A stretch of 64,000 nt of DNA from Thiorhodococcus fuscus (GCF_042682685.1 NZ_JBHUHX010000009.1:55805-119804); one strand, 5' to 3'. Shown: positions 18,828-29,040, counted from the stretch's first letter. Notes: generated from the letters alone by a model not told the origin. A program made the numbers and translations.

Positions 18828-20846
18828 GTGGATGGGACTCTGCGGGAGGATTCAACAAGAATGAATCAAGAGACAATGACCCTCTACAAGCAACAACCTC
18901 ACGTCCTCCCTGAAGTCTTCGCCGCCACCATGCGCGAGCACTGGGAGACCTCCCTCGGCAACGTCCCAAGCCCAGCCCTGCAAGCCCTGTGGCGAACCAT
19001 GGCCAAGGCATTCAATGCGTCCATCAATGACGAGGAGCATCGCTGGACTGTGCTCCAACCGCCCACGGGCACCGGCAAGACTCAAGGTGCCTGCCTATTC
19101 TCGGCCATGACAGCCAAGAAGAACGAAGGTCTCTTCATGGACGAGCGTGTCGGAATCCTGATCGTGACCCGGCTCATCAGTCAGGCCAACGAGATCGTGG
19201 AAACCGTCAACCGCATGGCCGGCTTCGAGTGTGCCGCAGCCAAGCATTCCGAGTCCGACCTCACGGCGGAAGAGGCTCAAGCCTTCGATGTTCTGGTGGT
19301 CACTCATGCCGCCTATACCAACGCCCTGGAAGGGCTCTGCAAGGATGACAGGAGCCGCTGGGATGCCCTGGTCCGCTGGGAGCATGGCTACCGGAAGCTG
19401 ACCATCGTGGATGAGGCCATCGCCAACATCGTGGAGGAGTACAACGTCAAGGCGGACGATGTCCGACTGACCCTGGCCTTCATCACCCCGGACATCCGCC
19501 ACCGCTACCCGAATGAGGTCGCTGCCGTGGAGCTGGTCAGGGATCTGCTGGAGCGGATCGCCGAGATGCACAAGGATGCCGAGGGCGACGAGGACGACAC
19601 CACCTCCAGGTTCACCGAGTCCAAGGTGCTCTGGACACCCGAGCGCAAGGCTCAACTCCTCGGCTCTGATGCCTCCATCTCCCTCGACAACCTCCGTGCG
19701 GCCATGAAGGAGGTCCGCTATGACCTGATCGGCAGCAGACGGGAGTCCAAGGACGACCGCAAGCGTCAGGCTGAACGGTTCGACAAGATCCTCCGCAGCA
19801 TCGAGGCGATCATGAACAGGTTCATGTGGTACGCGAAGAAGGGCTTAGAGTACAGCTTCAACGGATCCGAGCTACTGATCCCGGATGACCTCCCGTCCCC
19901 CGTGGTCCTGGATGCGACGGCTCGACAGAACTTCCTCTGGACCCTCCTGGAGGACCGAGCGGTCATCCTTCCCGTGCCACCCAAGACTCGGAACTACCGC
20001 AACGTCACGCTCCATGTGGCTCGGGCGAGAGGGACCGGGAAGACGGCGATGAAGGAGAAGGGCAAGGATCGGATTCCCCGACTCATCCATCAGCTCCAGC
20101 AAGATCTGGATCCAGGCAGGAAGGTCTTCGTCGCTCTGCACAAGGACATCGAGCACCATGCCGTCAAGTACGACCCTGGCTTCTCTGAGTGGTCTGTCGG
20201 TCACTGGGGAGCCATCGACGGTCGGAACGATTGGATGACCTATGACACTGCCGTCATCTTCGGCCTTCCATACCGGGACACTATCTGGGCGACCAACGCC
20301 TTCTTCGCCACCCAAGGTGTCCAGAGCAACGAGTGGCTGAAGAACCCCGAGTGGAAGGGCTACAAGGATGTCCGGGAGGAGATGCAGATCAGACAGGTCT
20401 GTGTGTCCGTGGTCCAGGCCGTCAACCGAGTCCGCTGCCGGAAGGTGACCGATGCGGATGGAAGCTGCGATCAGTCGGATGTCTTCATCATCCTGCCGAC
20501 CGGGAAGATGGGAGAGCAGATGCTGAAGGCTCTGGTGGAGGAGATGCCAGGGATCCAGGTCAAGGGTTGGGACTTCGAGTTGGATGGAGCCAAGCCAAGG
20601 CAACGGATCAAGAAGGGCTCAAGTCATGAGGCGCTCCTGACTCTGATGCAGAACGCGCTGCCTGGAGATTACTCGGTGAGCCACTTGAACACCGAGCTGG
20701 GCCTAGCGCCCAAGGGGCTTGAGAAGATCAAGGCTGCCCTTCGCGATCCAAGCCACCCTCTGACCCGAGCCCTGCTGGAGGTCGGGGTCAAGGTTCAACA
20801 CTCTGGTGCCAAGCGAGGAGCAAGGACGACGCTCATCAAGACGTGA
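18828..20846 (+). CDS. SF2 (DEAD/DEAH-like) helicase-family protein, phage/island-encoded
   Basis: 672 aa (alternative start at 18861, MNQETM). Walker A LQPPTGTGKTQ, DEAH-like box LTIVDEA, a late QAVNRVRCRK resembling helicase motif VI (QxxGRxxR). Confidence 0.55.
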   Translation: MDGTLREDSTRMNQETMTLYKQQPHVLPEVFAATMREHWETSLGNVPSPALQALWRTMAKAFNASINDEEHRWTVLQPPTGTGKTQGACLFSAMTAKKNEGLFMDERVGILIVTRLISQANEIVETVNRMAGFECAAAKHSESDLTAEEAQAFDVLVVTHAAYTNALEGLCKDDRSRWDALVRWEHGYRKLTIVDEAIANIVEEYNVKADDVRLTLAFITPDIRHRYPNEVAAVELVRDLLERIAEMHKDAEGDEDDTTSRFTESKVLWTPERKAQLLGSDASISLDNLRAAMKEVRYDLIGSRRESKDDRKRQAERFDKILRSIEAIMNRFMWYAKKGLEYSFNGSELLIPDDLPSPVVLDATARQNFLWTLLEDRAVILPVPPKTRNYRNVTLHVARARGTGKTAMKEKGKDRIPRLIHQLQQDLDPGRKVFVALHKDIEHHAVKYDPGFSEWSVGHWGAIDGRNDWMTYDTAVIFGLPYRDTIWATNAFFATQGVQSNEWLKNPEWKGYKDVREEMQIRQVCVSVVQAVNRVRCRKVTDADGSCDQSDVFIILPTGKMGEQMLKALVEEMPGIQVKGWDFELDGAKPRQRIKKGSSHEALLTLMQNALPGDYSVSHLNTELGLAPKGLEKIKAALRDPSHPLTRALLEVGVKVQHSGAKRGARTTLIKT

Positions 20847-21556
20847 TCAGTTATCCCCCTGGAGACCCCTAAAGGAATACTTTAGAGATGTTGGGGGGGT
20901 ATTCGCATGGCCAAGGACGGCCAGGATCCACCTGATCCAAGCTTGACAAAGAGACTCCACTCCTTCGTCGCTACGTGCGTCGACCACCATCAGCCATCAC
21001 CCTGGACCACCTTCCTCCGGGCTTCGCCCTGATCGACATAACAGAGGATGGAAGGGAAGATCTTCATGGTCCCCTTCCACCTCAGCCGGCCTCAAGCTGC
21101 CTCAAGCCTCTCGGCTCGGAGTCCGATCAAGCTGCCTTCCTCGCTGATCGAGCCGGATCCCTTGGCTGTCCAGCTTTCTATGTCGATCAGTCGAGAGAAT
21201 CCGACTGAGCCAAGGAAGACCGTGGTCCCCTGATCTAGGGGGGCATGGCGCTGCTCTGGGCTTGTTGTCATCCGCTGCCGAGAGGCTTGAGCCCTCGCTG
21301 CGCCTAATCCTGCTGTCCTGGTGGTGCGAAGGTCGGCGGATCTTCTGGCTGTCTCTCTTCTTGTATCTGTGATTTTTCCAGAGGGACAGCTCTAGTCCCT
21401 CCATACCGCCTCCCTCTGCCTGCCTCTCTACCACCGAAGGTCTTCGTCTCCTTCGCTCTTGCACCCCACCCGCTGCCTGTCGGCCTTCGACAGTGACGCC
21501 CTTCGCCTCCCAGACAGCCGATCTGGTCTCCCTCATCCTCACTGGAGACAGACACC

Positions 21557-21751
21557 ATGAACGACATGACCTCTGCCCTTGGAGACGCCCTCGCCACTTG
21601 GGCGAGCGGTCGGCACATCAGCCGTGAGATCCGCAACAGCCTGCTTGAGTCCGGCTACAGCGCCGACGACATCGCAATGATGGAACTCCATCACTTCAAG
21701 CCCGCACACCTCCACCTTTCGCGTACCTCCCAGACTGGAGAGAACCAATGA
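21557..21751 (+). CDS. Hypothetical small protein
   Basis: 64 aa. 4-bp overlap with the downstream Bro-N gene. Confidence 0.3.
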   Translation: MNDMTSALGDALATWASGRHISREIRNSLLESGYSADDIAMMELHHFKPAHLHLSRTSQTGENQ

Positions 21752-22707
21752 CCGCACTGTCCACCTTCACCTTCCCCGTCACTGCAGCCCAGGTCCGTAC
21801 CGTCACTGACGAGAATGGCGATCCATGGTTCGTCGCCAAGGATGTGGCCGATGCCCTTGGGTATGAGAACACGATGGAAGCGGTGCGCTACCACTGCAAA
21901 CGCGCTAAGGCGTTGAATACATTGAAGCAGAGCAAAATGCTCTCCTTGCATCCGCACACGAAGCTCATCCCCGAGGCCGACATCTACCGTCTGGTGATGC
22001 GCTCCAAGCTCCCGTCCGCCGTTGAGTTCGAGGAATGGGTTGTCGAGGAAGTCCTGCCCTCCATCCGCAAGACTGGCAGCTACTCCATGCAGCCTGCTCT
22101 CCCTGACTTCACCGATCCGGCAGCCGCCGCTGAAGCATGGGCGAAGGAGTACCGGGACAAGATGGTCATGATCGACTTCGCCAAGAAGCAGGCAGCCCAG
22201 CTCACCGAGCAGGCCCCGCTGGTGGACTTCGCCGAGGCTGTCGTCGCCGACAGTGAGGACTGCTACATCCGCGATGCAGCCAAGACGGTCGATGTCGCCC
22301 CCTTCCGGCTCTACGAGATCCTCCGTCAGTACAAGTGGATCCCTGAGTCCGATGTCTACCGGATGGTGATGCGTTCCACCCTCTCGGCTGCCTCTCGATC
22401 ACTGAGCTGGTGGGCTCTCGTCACGACAAGGTCAAGCAAAGCATCGAGCGCCTCGCAAACCGTGGTGTTATCACTCAACCTCCAATGGAGGATGCGTCCT
22501 ACAAAGACGGACCCGGCAGCACCATCGTCACCTAGCTCTTCATCTTCTCCGGTGAGCAAGGCCGGCTGGACTCCTTCTCGGTGGTCGCCCAGCGGTTGCC
22601 CACACCGAGCGTCTCACCTGCATGCTGGATATAGACGAAGTTCAAAGCCACCGGTTTGGTGGGTTTGGACCTCGCGGGTCGATGCCGCCGAAGCACAAAA
22701 CCTATAA
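21748..22707 (+). CDS. Bro-N domain phage antirepressor, apparently frameshifted into a Rha-like segment
   Basis: N-terminal Bro-N signature: GDPWFVAKDVADALGY..EADIYRLVMRSKLP.A.EFE.WV...VLPSIRKTGSY. After ~aa 230 the frame becomes low-complexity, while another frame encodes SELVGSRHDKVKQSIERLANRGVI (Rha-family motif). Confidence 0.55.
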   Translation: MTALSTFTFPVTAAQVRTVTDENGDPWFVAKDVADALGYENTMEAVRYHCKRAKALNTLKQSKMLSLHPHTKLIPEADIYRLVMRSKLPSAVEFEEWVVEEVLPSIRKTGSYSMQPALPDFTDPAAAAEAWAKEYRDKMVMIDFAKKQAAQLTEQAPLVDFAEAVVADSEDCYIRDAAKTVDVAPFRLYEILRQYKWIPESDVYRMVMRSTLSAASRSLSWWALVTTRSSKASSASQTVVLSLNLQWRMRPTKTDPAAPSSPSSSSSPVSKAGWTPSRWSPSGCPHRASHLHAGYRRSSKPPVWWVWTSRVDAAEAQNL

Positions 22708-23640
22708 ATCGTCGGTTTTCGGACCTTGTGGCGTAAATTTAATAAACTAATCATAGGCTTACAATGAATCCCTCGGTGAAAGCGAGGCAGCAAATCACCT
22801 CAATGAGGACGAAGCACAAAACCTGCAAATCGCCGGTTCTGGAAATTGTGATGTGAATTTGATAAGTGAATCAGGGCTTTACGGGGCGATCCTTGGTAGC
22901 CACAAGGCGGAAGCCAACCGGGTTCAAGCGCTGTTCAGCAAGGATTTTCACGGCAACTCTCGCGAATCACGAGGGTCGCGGTTGCGTTCGGATACCAAGC
23001 TGAATCCCCGAGGCTGACATCTACCGTCTGGTGATGAAGTCCCGCTTCCCGTCCGCTACGCGGTTTTAGGAGTGGGGTGTCGATCCGTTCGACCCCCTTG
23101 GCGAGCGGGAAAGGGGCCGCATCCGTTGTGACCCCTGGCGCGTGGATAGGGTGGACGGCAAATTTCCTCCCCCTCTGAAAAGACCAAGCGGATAACCTCG
23201 ATTATGGTTCGCCTGACTGGAAGGGGGTTAATCCGATTAACACCCCTGGGGGAAATCAAGAGGTTACGGTGCTCACCGAGCAGGGTCTCTACTTCTTCGT
23301 CGCCCGCTCCGACAAGCCCTGCGCTCGGCCCTTCCAGAAGTGGAAGGGTACGAAACCGATTCGTACCCCTGGTGGAGCCCAGAAGGTGACCAAATCGTTG
23401 GTTCATGGACCCAAGGGTGGAAGGGGGCGAGCCTCGATTCCTGGCGTTGTATGTTGCACTGGTGCCGAGCCACTCCGATGCCCACAACATGACCACCAGG
23501 CTGGACACGGACGAAGTACAAAACCTGCAAATCCCAGGTTTGCTCACTCGCGGCGTGAATTTGATAAGCGAATCATGGCTTTACGAAGCGATCCTTGGTA
23601 GCCACAAGGCGGAAGCCAAGCGGTTCAAGCGCTGGGTCAA
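22690..23640. repeat. Array of degenerate direct repeats made of Bro-N antirepressor gene fragments
   Basis: Three copies of a 70-125 bp unit beginning gaag(c/t)acaaaacct(g/a)(c/t)aaatc.. at about 22690, 22811 and 23512. Copies 2 and 3 are ~90% identical over ~125 bp. Additional Bro-N-like peptides occur at 22990-23050 (ADIYRLVMKSRFPSA) and 23204-23350 (LTEQGLYFFVARSDKPCARPFQKW). Confidence 0.55.
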
Positions 23641-23995
23641 GCGTGAAGTCCTGCCCACCATCCGCAAGACCGGCAGCTATTCGCTCCAGCCTCAACCCCA
23701 GATCCCACAGTCCTTGCCCGAGGCACTCCGTCTCGCCGCCACGCTGGCCGAAGAGAAAGAGCGCCTCGCCCAGGAGAACGCGCAGCTCACCCACATCACG
23801 TCCGTCCAGAACGACATGCTTGAAGCCACTGCCCCCAAGGCTGCCCTTCTCGATCAAGCGTTCGAGGATGACCGCTGGGTTAACGTGACCGACTTCGCCA
23901 GCCGGCTGGAAGGCGTCAACCGCAACAGCCTGACTTCAGTGATCCGGGTTATAGGAGGCGCGGTTGCAGTTAGCTATCAAGCCACTCGTTTGTAA
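23405..23995 (+). pseudogene. Bro-N C-terminal half fused to a KilA-C-like tail (antirepressor remnant)
   Basis: ESWLYEAILGSHKAEAKRFKRWVKREVLPTIRKTGSYSLQ is the distal half of a Bro-N domain without its N-terminal half. Preceded by repeat debris. Confidence 0.45.
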
Positions 23996-25037
23996 CTTCA
24001 CGGTACTTGCCGATGAAGTCCTCACGACCACAAAGCCGAGGTTCTGTCAGCAAATGGTAGGCTCTATTTATGGCCTGCCCGATCTCTTCCCGAGTCAACT
24101 CTGCACAGAACACCGAGAAGAAATCAGATAGATCGACAACAGCAAGATCGAAGCTCAGGTGCTCGATGAAATCTATTAGTTTGGACGCGGGATATAGATC
24201 GCTATCACCCCGGACATCGGAAGCGAATATTACGTATTTTGGCAGATTGCCCCGAACCGCTTTCTTTTGAAAATCACTAAGTCGGTTCTTCCAATCATCC
24301 CTTACCGTTACCTCGAATGCCGCTATTAGCAAGTCCTCTCTGTATTCCTCAATATCTCCAGTTGCCCCATCGAATTTGTCAGATGCATGCGGGTGATGTG
24401 TAATAACTCGATGCCCATATCGCTTTCGATGGACTTCAATGAAGGCGGCAACCAAGAACTGCTGGATGTGACCCTCTGAGGGTACTTTCATCAGCCTTTC
24501 GCAGAGACGAAGACTTCTCGCATACGACAAATAACCCCTTGGTAAAACTGGCAGTGCTTGCGGAATCACCTTGGATTGTTCAAGTCTCCATACAATGTGA
24601 TTGACAAGCGCTTCCCTTTCTGCTGGCTGCAGGCATTCAAGGTTGCTCACGAATGATGCAAAGCGTATATCAGCCGAGAGATCAAACTGGCGCACCGCTC
24701 CCTTCCAGCCTAAATTTTCACCAAATGCCGTTATGCTGTTGTGAAGTGTGACATGCCGTTGAGTCAGCTCCCCTGCGAGTCTCTTATCACCATACTTACC
24801 TCGCGCCCCTACTGGGACGGTCTTAAAATCCCACTCTTCATCAATCAACGAATATGCTGCCAGGAAAGCACAAGCAAGTCTCACGCTTCCGCGCTGCGAT
24901 TCTATATGGCTATCAAATATCGCTTTGACATTTCTAGGCGCAGGCTCTCCAAGAACCTCTCCTTCTGATAGGCGATCAAGCCTATCAAGAATAATATCTA
25001 CAGCCTTCTCTACACTTTCATTTCGTCTTCGTTTCAT
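23970..25037 (-). CDS. Putative Type II restriction endonuclease (partner of the adjacent C5-MTase)
   Basis: 355 aa, markedly low-GC ORF. 4-bp overlap with the methyltransferase gene. No motif assignable by eye. Confidence 0.5.
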   Translation of the reverse strand: MKRRRNESVEKAVDIILDRLDRLSEGEVLGEPAPRNVKAIFDSHIESQRGSVRLACAFLAAYSLIDEEWDFKTVPVGARGKYGDKRLAGELTQRHVTLHNSITAFGENLGWKGAVRQFDLSADIRFASFVSNLECLQPAEREALVNHIVWRLEQSKVIPQALPVLPRGYLSYARSLRLCERLMKVPSEGHIQQFLVAAFIEVHRKRYGHRVITHHPHASDKFDGATGDIEEYREDLLIAAFEVTVRDDWKNRLSDFQKKAVRGNLPKYVIFASDVRGDSDLYPASKLIDFIEHLSFDLAVVDLSDFFSVFCAELTREEIGQAINRAYHLLTEPRLCGREDFIGKYREVTNEWLDS

Positions 25038-26083
25038 AGCGCCAATTCCATTTGATTGAAATCCTCATTTGCAGGCACAAGACCCGAAGGAGATTGAACT
25101 CCATTGGCCTGAGAATACAAAGCCGCGCCTATGGCAAATGCCAGATCAGGTGGAACTGCGTCTCCCACTTGCTTGTACTGAGACGAGCGTTTGCCAGAGA
25201 AAGCCATCTCGCTAGGAAAGGTCTGGATTATGGCGCACTCTTCCACGCTAAGGCGACGAGCACCAGGCACTATACCTTGCCACGGCTCTCCACCAGCGCG
25301 GAGATGAGAGTGGTACTTCGGGGCAATATTTTCCGTATCTATCCAGTGAGTCTTGTATCCGCCCGATGATGCCAGGATTGTGTGGCAGGGTCCGTTGGGA
25401 TCGATAGGGCGTCCACCTCCATTATAGACATGCCCAGCGTATGGACTCGGGCGTAAGTCTGGATACTTAGCGAAACGCACAGGGCAGTTCGGTGCTTCAC
25501 CGATAGGATCCGGGCCAAGCCTACTAGCCGCACTTACGTGCGGTAGCGATGTGTTTTCGCCATGGGTTGGCGTAGGTAGAAGTAAGCGATGTGAGCGGGA
25601 GCCGAGTATAAATAGTCGCCTTCTCTTCTGCGGCACGCCATAATCCGCAGAGTTAATTACAGACCAGTTAATGTGATATCCACATGCAGCCAGCCTTGAA
25701 AGGACTGACTCAAAATACGGGCGAGCCTTCTTGAGTGTAAGACCAGGAACATTTTCCATGAGGAAATACGCTGGCCGAACTTCGTTGAGACATCGGATGA
25801 ACTCTGGAATCATATCCCTTTCGTCCGCATGCCCTTTGCGCAACCCACCGATTGAAAAAGGTTGGCACGGAGGTCCGCCAACGACAATGTCAACTCGGCC
25901 TCGAAATGGCGAGAAGTCAATCTTGCGAACATCTTCGTTGAAGTGGTTTGAGCTGCCATGGTGCAAGGCGTATGTATCCATAGCATCTCGGTTGATCTCG
26001 ACATTTGCCACAATATCGAAACCAGCCCTCTGGATGCCTAAAGAAAGACCGCCTGGCCCTGAGAATAGGTCGATGCCTTTCAC
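25034..26083 (-). CDS. DNA (cytosine-5)-methyltransferase
   Basis: 349 aa. Motif I DLFSGPGG, motif IV GGPPCQPFS, motif VI ENV, motif VIII QKRRRLF. Confidence 0.9.
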   Translation of the reverse strand: MKGIDLFSGPGGLSLGIQRAGFDIVANVEINRDAMDTYALHHGSSNHFNEDVRKIDFSPFRGRVDIVVGGPPCQPFSIGGLRKGHADERDMIPEFIRCLNEVRPAYFLMENVPGLTLKKARPYFESVLSRLAACGYHINWSVINSADYGVPQKRRRLFILGSRSHRLLLPTPTHGENTSLPHVSAASRLGPDPIGEAPNCPVRFAKYPDLRPSPYAGHVYNGGGRPIDPNGPCHTILASSGGYKTHWIDTENIAPKYHSHLRAGGEPWQGIVPGARRLSVEECAIIQTFPSEMAFSGKRSSQYKQVGDAVPPDLAFAIGAALYSQANGVQSPSGLVPANEDFNQMELAL

Positions 26084-26496
26084 TGATATTGGTATCGCTT
26101 CTGGTCGGATAAGCCCCTGCTCTTGCTATCGGATGTGGGAGATCTTTCCGACAACGAGGCAGACAGGGCTAGTAGGGAACTTGCAGCAAAGAGGCTAGGC
26201 AAACCTAGCTTGCTTGACGTAGAGTAAAAGCCGTCCGCCGAGGTGCTGACAACACCCCGACGACAAAGCAAGGCCGCCACTAACGGCTTGCACCGGCTCG
26301 GACATGATACAGCCCCAGGGGTTGGTCTGTCCGCTCAAGGCCCAACTACGCTGATTCCTAGCCAAGTTGCGCCTGGAGTTCCCGTTCCTTCCTCCTGGGA
26401 GAGCCTCTGCCCCTGACGCTGCTGCCTCACCGACAGCGTCGGACTGCCTGTGTGAGCGGTCGATTTCTCAAATCCAACTCTTGGAGAGATCGACCC

Positions 26497-26793
26497 ATGA
26501 AATCCCATGAACAGCTCCTCGCCCCTGGCTCCACCGAGAAGACCGTCGCCACTGCCGACCTGAACATCCGCAGCACGATCAGTCTGGATGTTTACGCCGG
26601 AACCAGATCCTGGATGTGGAAGGTCTACCTCAACAAGGAGGAGCTGACGAGCCAGAGCGGCTACTCCACCCACGCCTTGGCCAGCCAGGCCGGATTGGCG
26701 GAATGGGACCGGATCGTCTCGGCGGTCACCGGCTCGAACATCAAGGCCATCGAAGCCAATGTCGCTGCCGCTGAGAAGGAGCCGTCCGCATGA
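26497..26793 (+). CDS. Hypothetical protein upstream of the replication ATPase
   Basis: 98 aa. ATG at 26497. Its stop overlaps the downstream start (ATGA). Confidence 0.35.
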   Translation: MKSHEQLLAPGSTEKTVATADLNIRSTISLDVYAGTRSWMWKVYLNKEELTSQSGYSTHALASQAGLAEWDRIVSAVTGSNIKAIEANVAAAEKEPSA

Positions 26794-28406
26794 ACCCAAG
26801 CCCCCTCCTTGCTGAGGGGGTGTCCAACACCTCCAGGCACACTTCCGTATCCAACGCTGTTGGAGCCTCAGCATCTAGCGCTGTTGAAGCCTCTGCGCCC
26901 AGCACAGCCGAAGCCCCCGACACTCCGCTGCCGGACTTCACCCCAGTCGCCACCATCCGCCGACCCGATGGTCAAGAGACCCAAGTCGTCCGTGACCGCT
27001 GGGGCAGCCATCTGCTGCACTCTCCCGACAACCCCGGATGGGTCCGGGTCCATCGAGACGGAGCGGGCAACTGGATCGAGCGCGAGACCGGGATCGTCCA
27101 TGCCACCGATGGCAGCGTGATCCACCCCAAAGACATCTTCGGCGCATCATCCGAGGGATTCATCGACGTGAACACCAAGGCAGCCTCGACCATCAAGCCC
27201 GACCCCGTGCGTTGGCTTTGGCCCGGATGGCTCGCGGCCGGGAAGGTCCACCTCCTGGCTGGAGCACCAGGCACAGGGAAGACCACCGTCAGCATGGCTC
27301 TGGCGGCGACGGTCTCGCTTGGAGGCAGATGGCCCGATGGAACCGAAGCCCTCCAAGGTGATGTCCTGATCTGGTCCGGGGAGGACGACATCAAGGACAC
27401 CCTGGTCCCGAGGCTCATGGCTGTGGGGGCTGATCTCAATCGCGTCCACTTCATCACGACCACCAACACCGAGGATGGCCTGAGAGCCTTCGATCCAGCC
27501 GTCGACATCGACCTCCTGGCCGACAAGATGGCCTGGATGGATCCTTGCCCTTCCTTGCTGATCGTCGATCCCATCGTGGCAGCGGTCTCTGGAGACAGTC
27601 ACCGCAACGCCGAGGTCCGGCGAGCCTTGCAGCCCTTGGTTGACCTGGCCGCTTCCCGTCACTGCGCTGTTCTGGGGATCTCCCACTTCAGCAAGGGCAG
27701 CTCGGGACGAGATCCGATTGACCGGGTGACCGGATCGCTGGCCTTCGGTGCCCTGGCGCGGGTGGTCATGGCAACCGCTCGGCTGCCGGACGACCACCCC
27801 AGTGGAGTGAGGCGGATCCTGGCCCGAGCCAAGAGCAACATCGGCGAGGATGGTCAGGGGTTCGGATACGACCTGGAGCTGGAGGAACCGGTCGAGGGAA
27901 TCGAGGCGACCCGAGTCCTCTGGGGCGAGATGCTCGAAGGCAGCGCCAGGGAACTCCTGAGCATGGCCGAGCCGGTCCCTGATGGCGAGGGTGAGAGCAA
28001 CGCCGATGTCGAGTCCTTCGTTCGCGGGCTCCTGGCCGATGGTCCAGTCTCCGCCAAGCAGATGAAGGCCGATGCCGATGGAGCCGGCTACTCCTGGGAT
28101 CGGGTGAAGCGAGCCGCCAGCCGGATCGGAGTGGAGCGGAGGAAGGAGGACTTCAGCAAGGGCTGGGTATGGTCGCTCTCCACGGACCATGACGGTCGAT
28201 CAAGAACGGTCGCTCTGGAGGAGCTGATCCGGGATGCCCTGGCACAGGGAGAACGCACGGCCCAGGAGATGAAGGTCATGATCGAGGAAGCCGGCTATTC
28301 CTGGGATCAAGGCAAGCGAACCGCCGCCAAGCTGGGCATCGAGCGCCAAAAGTCCGGTTACCAGGGACCGTGGACCTGGACGCTGGGAGAGGCTGCCGCC
28401 GCCTAG
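26790..28406 (+). CDS. RepA-like AAA_25/RecA-fold replication ATPase of integrative elements, with two tandem ~57-aa C-terminal repeats
   Basis: 538 aa. WLAAGKVHLLAGAPGTGKTTVSMALAATVSLGGRWPDG (Walker A in AAA_25 context), LLIVDPI (Walker B). The C-terminus has a duplicated module ..GAGYSWDRVKRAASRIGVERRK.. / ..EAGYSWDQGKRTAAKLGIERQK.. Confidence 0.75.
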   Translation: MNPSPLLAEGVSNTSRHTSVSNAVGASASSAVEASAPSTAEAPDTPLPDFTPVATIRRPDGQETQVVRDRWGSHLLHSPDNPGWVRVHRDGAGNWIERETGIVHATDGSVIHPKDIFGASSEGFIDVNTKAASTIKPDPVRWLWPGWLAAGKVHLLAGAPGTGKTTVSMALAATVSLGGRWPDGTEALQGDVLIWSGEDDIKDTLVPRLMAVGADLNRVHFITTTNTEDGLRAFDPAVDIDLLADKMAWMDPCPSLLIVDPIVAAVSGDSHRNAEVRRALQPLVDLAASRHCAVLGISHFSKGSSGRDPIDRVTGSLAFGALARVVMATARLPDDHPSGVRRILARAKSNIGEDGQGFGYDLELEEPVEGIEATRVLWGEMLEGSARELLSMAEPVPDGEGESNADVESFVRGLLADGPVSAKQMKADADGAGYSWDRVKRAASRIGVERRKEDFSKGWVWSLSTDHDGRSRTVALEELIRDALAQGERTAQEMKVMIEEAGYSWDQGKRTAAKLGIERQKSGYQGPWTWTLGEAAAA

Positions 28407-28419
28407 CGGTTAGCCGCCA

Positions 28420-28610
28420 AAGGGAGCGGAAGGGGGCGAAGAAGTGGACTCAAGTCTACGTGCTCCCTTCCGCGCTCTTTGCTCCCTTCTGCACTCTTTG
28501 GCTGCATTCTTCCGCATTCTTTGGCGCGACCACGGCTCAAAGGGAGCAGAAGAGTGCAAGGGAGCAGAAGGGAGCACTGGAATTTGAGTGCATCCTTCGC
28601 CTTCTTCGGT
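28420..28610. repeat. Iteron-like direct repeats inside a long imperfect palindrome (candidate origin/regulatory region downstream of repA)
   Basis: Direct repeats gcactctttgg / gcattctttgg / gcattcttcc, flanked by inverted arms gtgctcccttc..tgctcccttctgcact and agtgcaagggagcagaagggagcac. Confidence 0.35.
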
Positions 28611-29040
28611 GCTCCCTTCGCGTCGATTCATGCGCAGCCGAGGGACTGAGGCGCGTCCGCCGACTGTCCGCGCCGGTGAGAGTGAAGACCTTGGATGTTT
28701 TGCCATAAAAATCTGAAGTGGCACATCTAGAGCGCGGCTTCTGAATTCCCCCCCGTCCCGCCCCTGCATTCCGCCATTCGCCTTCTTTCGTCCCGCCTCT
28801 GGGGTATGCCCCAGTCTCCACCGCAAGCCAGCCGCCAAGCAGACAACCAAGCCTCTCCGGTCCACCGCTCCGGCCATCCACCGAGCCCTCCAAGCCTTGC
28901 CCTACCGGTGAAGCCCCGAGGCTCTGGCACCTTAGCGCTTCCGTCTTCGATGGAGCCTGATACATCGGCACTCTGTCGCCGCTCTTTCCGTTGCCGCAGC
29001 ACCAGCTCATCCGACTGCCAAGGGACGTGATGTGTCCCTT

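Noticed and set aside
23056-23547. 163-aa minus-strand ORF inside the Bro-N repeat region
   Set aside because: Antisense to the Bro-N fragment peptides. No motif. Likely non-coding.
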